From Lama guanicoe (lineage: Eukaryota), in assembly GCA_013239625.1 (NCBI GenBank), contig MU054323.1, positions 18,680,819 through 18,744,818 on the forward strand: 64,000 bases of DNA. The letters are read 5' to 3'. Shown here in pieces: positions 25,582-36,434 of the stretch. The notes under the pieces were generated by a model. The model had not been told where the DNA came from. It saw only the letters and a program-made list of their open reading frames with translations, and ran no database searches. How positions within the stretch are numbered: the first letter of the stretch is position 1; each line of letters starts with the position of its first letter. A program made the position numbers and the translations under genes.

Positions 25582-26215
25582 TATATATATATACCACAAC
25601 TTCTTTATCCAGTCATCTGTCAGTGGATATTTAGGTTGTTTCCATGTCTTGGCTATTGTAAATAGTGATGCTATGAACATTGGTATTTGTGTATTTTTTT
25701 GAATTAGAGTTTCCTCCAGATATATGCCCAAGAGTAGGATTGCTGGATCATGTGGTAAGTCTATTTTTAGGTTTTAAAGGAATCTCCATATTGTTTTCCA
25801 TAGTGGCGTCCCCAAATTACATTCCCACCAACAGTGTAGGAGGGTTCCCTTTTCTCCACACCCTCTCCAGCATTTATCATTTGTGCACTTTTTAATTATA
25901 GCCATTCTGACTGGTGTGAGATGATACTTCATTATAGTTTTGATTTGCATTTCTCTTATAATTAGCAATATTGGGCATCTTTTCACATGCCTTTTGGTCA
26001 CCCATACATCTTCTTTGGAGAAATATCTATTTAGGTCTTCTGTCCATTTTTTAATTGGGTTGTTTTTTGTTGTTGTTGTTGTTATTGAGTTGTATAAGCT
26101 GCTTATATATTTTGGAAATTAAGCCCTTGTCAGTCACATAATTTGCAAATATTTTTCCCAGTCTGTAGGTTGTCTTTCTGTTTTGTTTTTGGTTCCCTTT
26201 GCTGTACGAAAGCAT
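25098..26215 (-). mobile_element. 5'-truncated artiodactyl-type L1 with internal (TA)n(TG)n microsatellite
   Basis: ORF2 C-terminal fragments ([19 protein letters not shown]) plus 3'UTR; microsatellite at 25529-25593. Confidence 0.92.
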
Positions 26216-26239
26216 TTTTAAAGTTTAGGCACGATGTCT

Positions 26240-26890
26240 GTAGGGTGATTTGGGCCAGCCATTTTCCTTTTAGAAATTTATCTTGAGGAAATAAGCTTAC
26301 AGGTATGCAAAGCTATATGTATAATAATAACTTATTGATCCATTTTTGATAGCAACAAATTAGAAGCATTTTACATGCTCAGCAATAGGAGAGATGTTAA
26401 ATAAATTGTAGGGGAATCACATGAAGAACTCTGTGTTTACTATAAATGACCATGCATGTCAGTATTCACTGACAAAATTTTCACATTGTTTTACATATTA
26501 TTGTTACATGACAAAAAAGTTTATGAAATGGTTCAATCCTTTGTGTGTGTGTGTGTGCGCGCGCGCGTGTATATGAATGTACATAAAAACAAGTCTGGAA
26601 GGATACATACAGCAATGAAAATCTAATCATTTTGTCAGTTTTGTATCATCATTCTTTTTAAAAATTTAATAGGTTATTTAAGGCAGAAGAGCAATAACCC
26701 TGCCACAAAACCACTCACAAGCAATTGTTACACAGTGGCAGTGTGTTTTTTGAAATGTGGCTGTGGAAGATCCCTGGGTGATGAAATTCTGATGGACTTA
26801 TTTTCTTACTTCTTTCTTTTAATACTATGTATTTTAAATGAACATGACCATGTAATTCCTTTGTAATATGAAACAACAAAAATTCTTTTT
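26240..26890 (+). mobile_element. Ancient L1ME-like 3' end, interrupted by a ~150-bp local duplication
   Basis: CCATTTTCCTTTTAGAAATTTATCTTGAGGAAATA...AAGTCTGGAAGGATACATAC...[insert]...CCCTGGGTGATGAAATTCTGATGGACTTATTTT. Confidence 0.65.
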
Positions 26891-27884
26891 ATTTGAAAAA
26901 ACAAGATATACATTCAGAACCTGGCAAGACACTAGAGCTCTCAGTGTGTATTTGTTGTTATAATTATCATGGCTAGCGAGTAAAGGTGAGGTAATTTGCT
27001 ATCCTATTAGTACATAGAAGTAATAAAGTTGACTTGGCTCATGACTCCTAAGAATGTGCTCGCCAACTTGTATTATCCCTATAAAATTTAAATAGATACA
27101 CTTGAGTAGTGGAAATATGTATTTGTATTTTCTTTTGTCTAGGAAGAAAACCATGTAAGAATGTTATTTTTACTGTACTGAAAGCTGTGTTGTTAAGATG
27201 CTTTCCAAAACATCCTTAAATTTTCCCATCGATAATATATTTTCATGATGAATCATAACAATGTAATTTTCCCAAGGCATTGTGAGGGTTGCTGTCGTGG
27301 TCACAGTGCTCTCGGTCATCCAGTAATTTATGATTGCAGGTGTTCCATACCCTGTCTGCAGGGCCTGTGTGCTCTTTTTCCATTTAAGTTTCTCATGTAC
27401 TCACTGAAGAACCAGCCCAGATTTAGCAAATGCAGCCTTTCTGTGCTTATCAGATGGCTGCCACATACTTAGAAAATGCACAGGAGAGAGAGCATATTAA
27501 CTGGGTATGAGGCTAAGATTGAGAGGCCTGAATCTCAGAGAAAGGAGCTGGCTTGCTTCCTCATTCTGAGTGTGTTCGCTTCTGACGACCAAATTCGAAG
27601 TGGAGGTTCTGCCATCCTGGTCTACTGTTTTCCAAACAGCCTCTCTGGGCAGCAGGCCCACTGCCTGATTAATCTTGCATTCATCAAAACAGTAGGGAAT
27701 CTGAAAAACACTCAACGTGGAAGCGGTGTCTGAGCTCACATGCTCTTGGCGGGGTTCAGAGAGCAGGTACATTCGGGCTTCTGTGTGGGAGCATTTGTTC
27801 TCAACAGGATGATGTGTTGATTTCATCTTCCAGAGTTTGAAATAAACCAACAGAATGCTGACTAGGGTAATCTAAAGGAGAGCA

Positions 27885-28087
27885 ATGAAGGGTCTTGAAA
27901 TCTGACTGCAAATAATGATGATTTGGGAATCCTTTAAAAAAAAATACAGACTTTAAAACTGCTGATTTTCATGGCCCAGTGAAGCCTTCTCGAGTCAGAG
28001 TCCCTTGGGGCAGGGCCCAGAAATAATTATTTTTAATAAAATATTCCACTGATTTTGATGTACAGTTGGGCTCAGAAATCGCTTCTT
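27885..28087. mobile_element. MER5A/B-like hAT-Charlie MITE
   Basis: GAGTCAGAGTCCCTTGGGGCAGGGCCCAGAAATAATTATTTTTAATAAA...TGATTTTGATGTACAG. Confidence 0.7.
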
Positions 28088-28689
28088 AATCTGAGATAAA
28101 ATAAATAAAAAATCGGTAGATGAATAACCTAACGAGCTGAAGGGGAGAGAGGGAACTGATAAAGAAAGGGTGTGAGGAGGAGAGTAAGAAAAATGAATGC
28201 TAAAAAAAACCAGGAAAAACAGTGAGAGACACAAACTTTAGACAGAAGGAAGTATTAAGCACGGCAGTAAGCAGCTGCCAACTGCGGTTTGTACTGGTCT
28301 AGAAGAAAGGAACCAGGAAACAATGTTTCCTAATCTGCAGGGGCTGCAATTAGTCTTGCATTCGTCATTTGTACACTAGGAGTAAATTAATTGTAATAAG
28401 ACATTGTCACTGAACAAACGTCTCCTGCTTGGAAAATCAGTGCTTCGGCTTTGCCCCTCCTTTTATGCTCTGGCAGGAGAGCTGAACATTATTGTGGGAC
28501 AATGTTCTATTCTGCTGATAGCAGCATTTAATTATACCTCCATCATCCCTCACCTTCTAAGTGTTAAATAAAATATTTCCTAAAAATGCATACCGTCGAT
28601 ATGAACATGTAAAATGGGAAAGTAGGAATGTTTTAAATCCATATGACTCAAGGCATTTGAGAACCAGTGTGTACGTGGCTATATATTTT

Positions 28690-29100
28690 TATTTTCCATG
28701 GGGGAATATCTAGAAAATGGCATTTATATATCTTACTATAAGTATATATTTACTTCTAAGAAATTGTCAAATAGTTTTCCAAATATATTCTTTTGCATTT
28801 GCATGAGCAATATATGAGACTTTCATCTGCATCACATTTGCAACAAAAATTGATATTGTCAGTCCTCTTAATTTTAGCTGCTCTAAAATATGTGTAGTAG
28901 TATCTCATTGTGGTTTTAATTTGCATATTCCTGATGAGTAATGACATTGAATATGTTTATGTGCTTATTGTACATTGGGATATCTTTTTTGTGAAGTATC
29001 TGTCTGTTCGAATCTTTTGTCCATTTAAAAATAGTTATTTGCCTTTATTATTGGATATTTAGTACATTCTGAATAAATCTATCAGATATATGTTCTGCAA
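28690..29100 (-). mobile_element. Old L1 ORF2 3' fragment
   Basis: ORF 28756..28947 ([16 protein letters not shown]) is ORF2-like; TATCTCATTGTGGTTTTAATTTGCAT. Confidence 0.8.
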
Positions 29101-29499
29101 AAAAAAAAAGTACTATCTTATGTTATGGGGTTCCCAAGAATGGTAGGAAAAGTTATCGTTTGACCCCTACTGAATAAAATCTAGTTCAGTCTGAAAATAC
29201 TGGGGAATGGCAAAAAGTATATTATTAATCATTTTTAAAATAGAAACCTTTAGATATAGAAGAAGTGCTCTCAGATTAAATGTCGAAATGAGAAAAAAAT
29301 ATAAACTAAGTTAAAGTTGCTTTTATAAATATGACTAGGTAATGCACATGTAAGAAATAAATTGAACTTACTTTGACTTTCAATCATTTCTGCCATTGAA
29401 AGTTTTTCTCTGACATCAAAACTCTACCTTAAGCTCTAGCAAGAAATGTGTGCTCCTTTTATCCTGAAAAGCAAGGCCTTTCACCTTCTGAGTCTCATG

Positions 29500-29650
29500 G
29501 TCTCTAGAACAAGAAAATACTGTAGACTTTCTTCATTTGTAGAATGGGCAGAATAATGGTATCTGCTACGTGAGAACTGAATGAATTAATATGTGTAAAG
29601 AGTGTGGGACAATAGCTGACCTGTTGTAAACATTGCAGACGTATTTACTG
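29500..29650 (+). mobile_element. MIR SINE
   Basis: TTTCTTCATTTGTAGAATGGG...AATGAATTAATATGTGTAAAG. Confidence 0.65.
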
Positions 29651-30894
29651 TGACTCTTAAAAAGGCTACGATTCTCCTATGGGTTTTTAAGCTCCCTGAA
29701 CAATTTCCCCTCCATCTTCCCATTTTGCTTCCTATAACATTGATTGCCTTGTAGTAACACATTTTAAGCGACATAATCCTATAAATAGTAATAATTAACC
29801 GGTTGTCTGTCAGGGGTAGTTCCAGAGATCCATAGTCTTCTTCTTAATGACCTCAGGTACATATATGTCCAAAAATTCAAGTAGAAATCCTGTCATTGTC
29901 TTTGGTATTAAAGAAGATTGAAGGTAATGATGCAAAGCCAAGGGAAGGGAAAAATGGGTTGAGAAGGACACAGAAAAAGCATGTCTCTACTGCCAGAATG
30001 GCAACCCTCTGATGAGATTAAGACATGGTACAGGGGAGAAGGGGAGGGGCTTCTCATTTACATCAGAGAGTGTCAGGTACAGCCACCAAACCACTCTCCT
30101 CTCACAAGCTGTAGAGTTTTTTTGACCTTTCTCTGTCCTTCATCTGTGTCTTTACCTTCTTGACTGTTCTCTACAAAATTCCCCTAATACCACCTGCTTT
30201 AGCAATATTACTTTATTGCTTATAGTACCTATTGACCTCTCCCTTAAATGGTTGCTGTATCATCTGGCCACTGTCACCACCCCAACCTCCCAGCACCTCC
30301 CTGCCACAGTGAGTTGAACTTGCTGTTTTGTGACACCAGAAACAGAGAATGCAATATGTCTGTGTTAAACTCTGGTCAGAATATCCATGATTGATTATGT
30401 GTCCCAAATATACTGAACATTGTGTTTCCTGATGGCACCAACCGTTTCCAAATAACATATGCCTAGCATTTTTCTGGTTTTTTTTTAATTTAACATGTTA
30501 TTACAGTTGATATTCTGTCTCTTTTTGCCATGCCTTCCCTCTCTCACTGCCTTGCAAAATTTATATTAGTTTTATTTTTATCATTTTAAGTGTCAGTTGT
30601 CTTCTCAAAGCAGCCTCCTTTTTATTTAATGGCTTCAATTAGAAAAAGGAATGTAAGTAATACATATACATCACAGAGACAGATACAGACGGAAAAGGAG
30701 ATAATATAAAATTTTAAAGGAGTGAGTGCAACTGAAAAGAAAGCTTACTACCTTTTCTAAAAGAGAACAAGTGCTTTTTTCCATCAAGAAAAATGGCAAT
30801 ACTGATATATAAGAATTTTATTTCAACATTAATAAATTTTCCAAGGAGAACAAAGTCACCACCTTAATTCTAAGATAGGGAAGCTCCTTCTAGA

Positions 30895-32189
30895 TATTTC
30901 CTGAAAAAAATTAGAAAACCTGAATAACCTTGAGTATGGTGATGACTTTTTAGGTAAAACACCAAAGGCATGATTTATGACAGAAATAGTTGATAAACTA
31001 GACTTAATTAAAATATAAAACTTCTGCTCTGTGAAAGACAATGTCAAAAGAATTAGAAGGCAAGCCACAGTCCTGGAGGAAATCTTTACAAATGATAAAA
31101 AGAAATCTGATATAGGACTGTTATTCAATTATAAGAACTCTTAAAACTCAAAATTCAGAAAATAAATAACCTGATTTAAAAATGGGCCAAAGGCCTTAAT
31201 AGATACCTCAGCAAACAAAATATACAAATGGCAAATGAACATACAAGAAGATGCTCCACATCATATGTCATCATCAGGGAAATGCAAATTAAAACCACAG
31301 TGAAATACCACTGCATACCTACTACAGTGGCCAAATCTGGAACATTGACAACACCAAATGCTGACAAAGATGTGGAGCATCAGGAACTCCTACTCATTGC
31401 TGGTGAGAATGCAAAATGGTACAAACCCTTCGGAAAACAGTTTGGCAGTTTCTTAAAAAAATAAATACATTCTTACCATATGATCCAGTAATCCCATCCC
31501 TTGGTATTTACCCAAAGGAGTTAAAAACTATGTCCACACAAAAACCTGTACACAAATGATTATAGAGCTTTATTATTAATTGCCCCAAACTTGGAAAGAA
31601 CTAATATATCTTTCAGGGTGTGAATGGATAAAATGTGGTACATCCAGATAGTAGGATATTATTCAGTACTAAAAAGAAGGGAGCTGTCAAGCCATGAAAA
31701 GACATAAAGGAAACTTAAATTTATATTATTCAATGAAAGAAGTCAATCTGAAGAAACTACATACTATATGATTCCAATTACATGACATTCTGGAAAATGC
31801 AAAACTATTAAGACATTAAAAGATTAGTGGTTGCCAGGGACAAGGGGAAAAGATACATAGTTGGAGCACAGAGGATTTTGAGGACAGTGAAAATACTCTG
31901 TATGACACCATAATGACAAATATATGTCATTATCTGTTATGTCAAATCCGTAGACTGTACAACACAACACCAAGAGTGAACCATGATGTAAACTATGGCA
32001 TCTGGGTGATTCAAATGTGTCAGTGTAGGTCAGTCAATTGAAAATGACCACTTTGGAGGGAAATGTTGATAATGGGGTAGGCTATGCATGTGTAGGGACA
32101 GGTGGTCTATGGGAAATCTACATATTTTCAGCTCAGTTTTGCTGTGACTCCAAAACTGCTCTAGAAGAATCTAGTCTTATAAGAAAAAT
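30895..32189 (+). mobile_element. Old L1 ORF2 3' part and 3'UTR (L1MC1/2-like)
   Basis: ORF 31228..31464 ([14 protein letters not shown]); 3'UTR homologous to 21172-21975. Confidence 0.88.
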
Positions 32190-33520
32190 AGGTCTTTAAT
32201 CCATTTTGAATTAATTCTTTATATGGTGTTAGAGAATGTTCTAATTTTATTCTTTAACATGTAGTGAATGGATACCATAAAACTCCTAGAGGAAAACAGG
32301 CAGAACACTATTTGACATAAATTTCAGCAATATTTCAATATTTTTTCAAACCAGCTCCTAGAGTAATGGAAATAAAAGCAAAAATAAACAAATGGGACCT
32401 AATTAAACTTAAAAGCTTTTGCACAGCAAAGGAAACCATCAACAAAACAAAAAGACAACCTACAGAATGGGGAAAATATTTGCAAATGGTACAGCTGACA
32501 AGGGACTAATTTCCAAAATATACAAACAGCTCATACCACTTAATGTCAAAAAACCAAACAACTCAATCAAAAAATAGGCAGAAGATCTAAATAGACATTT
32601 CTCCAAAGACATCCAGATGGCCAACAGGCACATGAAAAAAAATGCTGAGTATCACTAATTATTAGAGAAATGCAAATCAAAACTACAATGAGGGATCACC
32701 TCACCAGCCAGAATGGCCATCTTTAAAAAGTCTTCAAATAATAAATGCTGGAGAGGGTGTGGAGAAAAAGGAACTTTCCTGCGCTGTTGGTGGGAATGTA
32801 AATTGGAGCAACCACTATGGAGAACAGTATGGAGGTTCCTTAAAAATACTAAAAATAGACTTACCATATGATCCAGCAATTCCACTTGTGTGCATATATC
32901 AGAGAAAACTCTAATTCAAAAAGACACATATACCCCAATGTTCATAGCAGCACTATTTACAATAGCCAAGACATGGAAACAACCTAAATGTCCATCAACA
33001 GATGAGTGTATAAAAAAGTTGTGAGATATATACACACGCATACATATATATGATGGAATATTGCTCAGCCATAAAAAAGAATGAAATAATGCTATTTGTA
33101 GCAACATGGATGGACCTAGAGTTTATCATACTGAGTGAAGTAAGTCAGAAAGACAAATATCATATGGCATCACTTATATGTAGAATCTAAAAAAAATGAT
33201 GCAAATTCTATTTACAAACCCCAAACAGATTCACGGACATAGAAAAAACTGAGGTTATCAAAGGGGAGAGAGTGGGGAGGGATAAATTAGGGGTTGGGAA
33301 TTAACAGATACACATTACTATATATAAAATAGATACACAACAAGGACCTACTGTATAACACAGGGAACTATATTCAATTTCTTGTAATAACACAAAATGG
33401 AAAAGAATCTGAAAAGAAAAAAATATATGTATATGTATAATTGAATCACTTTGCTGTACACCTGAAGCTAACATTGTAAATCAACTATATTTTGATAAAA
33501 ATTTTTTAAAAAAGAAAAAA
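32190..33520 (+). mobile_element. Artiodactyl-type L1 with 5' inversion (32190-32265 inverted)
   Basis: Antisense ORF2 piece AGGTCTTTAATCCATTTTGA...ACATGTAGT, then sense ORF2 from GGATACCATAAAACTCCTAGAGGAAAAC through the 3'UTR to the A-tail. Confidence 0.9.
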
Positions 33521-34174
33521 AGAAGTAAAATGAAAGAGTTTCTCCTCAAAGCAGCAAATGAAAGAAGATTTGATGCCAGATGAAGAAGAATCAACCGAAA
33601 CCCTCTGTTCATTTCCCTTGGCATCAATGCCGGGTCCCATTGACAATGTATTTTTTGGTTGGTTGTAGCATATTGATTCTCTAGTTTGGCCATCATGTCC
33701 TATCCTTTTGGACTATTTGCATATCATTTTCTTCCCATCTGTGTATTATTTAATACTTCTTACTGATCAAAAAAATTTTTTTTCTTGAATTCAATTAGGA
33801 TTGACAGCCCTTCTCTGATTCTGTTAGGGAAAATAACAGGAAAGTAATACGAGGTACAGGAAAGAAGGGATCATTCCCAAGGCAAAGAATCTGGAGCTGA
33901 AATTTAATGTTGAGTATGTAGAAATCCATTTTTGTACACTGTCCAGACAGCCTATTAAAAGGGGGATTATGCAGTCCATCACCTGATTATCTGGTCTACA
34001 CAAATTTAACCTCAGCATCTAGGCTGTCTACTTGTGGCATTTTATAAACCCATGTGTTTTTCTGATTATACATTTAAGGTGGATTTATGTATAAGACTGT
34101 TGTTGAATCCCTTGTCTTATATATTGCCTAAGGTTTATTGCATAAAGAACCACATAATTAATTGTGGTTGAACC

Positions 34175-34310
34175 ATTTATTCCTTCAAACAACTAGTATT
34201 TCCGAGCCTAAGTGGTAGAAATTAGCTGGCAAAAGAGGCAAGTTTCTTCTCCTAATCAATCTTACAATCTATTAGGAAAGAGAGACAGCTAACAAATAGT
34301 ACTGGTAAGA
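34175..34310 (-). mobile_element. L2 3' fragment
   Basis: CATTTATTCCTTCAAACAACTAGTATTT...CTTACAATCTATTAGGAAAGAGAGACAG. Confidence 0.55.
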
Positions 34311-34683
34311 GTGTTTATCTCATCTGATGCCCTGTCAAACTTCTCTTTTATCAGGTAGTAAAGATTACATGGCTTAATATAGTTCCATGTTTGCTTGGCA
34401 GATTAGAATTAAAAGCCAGAATTAAATTTAAAACTTTCAACTGGAGGAATGATTTAAAACAAGAAAAGGAGGAAATAAACCATCTGAGTATGACTGTCAG
34501 TGCTTTAGCTTTCACTTGTGAAAACTTACTCATGGGAAATCACATTTCTGAACATCTGCTTTCTCGTCTCAAGATGGAATTCCCTGACACTTGGCCTTCT
34601 TGTCTCATTGTTTTCAGAAATCAATGGGACTGTGTACATAAGGGTAACACAAGCAACTTATAAATCTAAGACATTAAGGGGTC

Positions 34684-34846
34684 TTAAATTCTTAAGATTC
34701 TTAAGAATTTAAATTTATTTTGTTAACAAATTTAACAAAAAATGAAAATAAATTTAACAAAAATAAATTAAACAAAAATGAAAATTTAATGAAAAAATTA
34801 TTTTAACAAAATAAATTTTAATTCTTAAGAATTTAACAAAATAAAT
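34684..34846. repeat. AT-rich inverted-repeat and short-repeat patchwork
   Basis: 30-bp inverted arms at 34697-34726 and 34803-34832 (1 mismatch) around repeated AATTTAACAAAA-like units. Confidence 0.85.
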
Positions 34847-34954
34847 GGTACTAGATTTATTTTCTCCCTTAAAGCTATGACTAACACTTTCCTATTTATA
34901 GAAGAGCAGATATATTTTGTATGTAGTTTCACTAAGTCTCTTTTAAATAGAGCA

Positions 34955-35470
34955 TTAAATTCTAAGAGTAGAAAAAAACCTTCAAGTTTATCTAGTCCTA
35001 CTACTATTTGGCGTGTAAAATCTTATCTATAACCTCCACATAATACACGCGCTTAAGATGAAGCTTCCATTCCTCCAGTGATGAGGGACTTAGAACTTCC
35101 TGAAACGTTCATTCTGACTGTTAAAAACTATGTCAGAAGTGTCTTTCTCATTTGGAACAGGAATGTGTCCTGGTAGCTTCTGCCAAAGGTTCCTAAATTA
35201 CAAAGACAGTGGGTATGTGTGTACAGGTTGTGCACTGTACAAGGACACTGATTAATGGGGCATTGTTCTGACTGTAAACATTGTGGATTTGTCTGTTATT
35301 ATAGTATTTTTCTCTGGTCAGTCGAAGTAAAATAAATTAAGAAAGAAATGCCATTTTAAAATTCTTGCAAGAGTACATTTTGAGTTAATAGTAGCCCTGT
35401 TTTTTCATTTGTAGTCAGATAGATAAAAGCCCATCCCTCCTCCCTTGGTGACCTTTTAGATATTTTATTT
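34955..35470 (-). mobile_element. L3/CR1 fragment split by a MER91-like element
   Basis: ATCTAGTCCTAC...CTCCAGTGATGAGGGACTT...AGAAGTGTCTTTCTCAT. Confidence 0.5.
35205..35399. mobile_element. MER91B-like hAT-Tip100 MITE
   Basis: GTACAGGTTGTGCACTGTACAAGG...ACATTGTGGATTTGT...AGTAGCCCTG terminus. Confidence 0.65.
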
Positions 35471-36434
35471 TGATTAGTATAATTCCAAAAGCTGTAGACT
35501 CCATCTTTGAGAAGGCCTCAGGCTTTCTATTGCTAAATCACAAGTTGCCCACTTTGGTCAATATGAAAGTAAATGTAACAATTGTGGAAAGCATCTAAAT
35601 CCTTATAATTACATGCAAAACAATATGCAGTATTTCTCCCATCTTTCCTGAGGAGTTGGGTTGGGATTGTAATATGCCACAGTATTTCAGAGAATTGGTT
35701 GTCAGTAATACATATTAAAGTGTAATTATTTCTTATGAAGTTTCTGATATTACCCAAATAACATATAAAGGCACTTCTTGTAACAGTCTCATGTTATCTG
35801 CTATAATAGCAGAGGCTTTTCCATTGTCTGTTGAAAAATTCAAAATATCACCTCCTAAAAGATACTCTTATCCAATGTTATCAATAACATTCAGTGTAAC
35901 TTAGCTAAAGTTATATTGTTAAACAAGCTATTCTGATATTAAAATAGAATCTGTATCTTGGTTTTGAATCTTATACATCTGGTTTTAAAGAGATAATGAA
36001 TTTAGTTGAGCAATTAAAATTTATCTAAAGCTTATAGCTTAAAGGGAAGATGAGTGGGGTGAGAATAAATGTATGGTTGTTAACAAAGATTTGTATCACA
36101 CTCTCCCTTCTACTTTTAGCTAAAAGGGTCTCAATTCTTGTATCTCCTTCCCAGTAATCTGTGAGTTTTTTTTTTTTGTAGAACAGGTCTTAACAACTAT
36201 AAAACCTTTATATGGTTCTTAAATAAGAAAAAATGAGGCAATATCCATTACAGAAGTTAAATTGGTTCCAAAGCATTTGAATTATAAAAGAGTGCAAGTT
36301 TACCTCTTTGCCAGGCTGCCATCCAATTTCTCAGGGCCAATCACAAACCTTAGCTTTTCGTTTGTCTTTTAAGCCATTTTTTGTGTGTCTGTAAAAGATC
36401 TTCTTAGACACATCATTTTGAAAATGCAAATGGA

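Noticed and set aside
27245..27850. Overlapping 75-117 aa ORFs in unique sequence
   Set aside because: No recognisable protein similarity or clear exon boundaries; more likely non-coding sequence.
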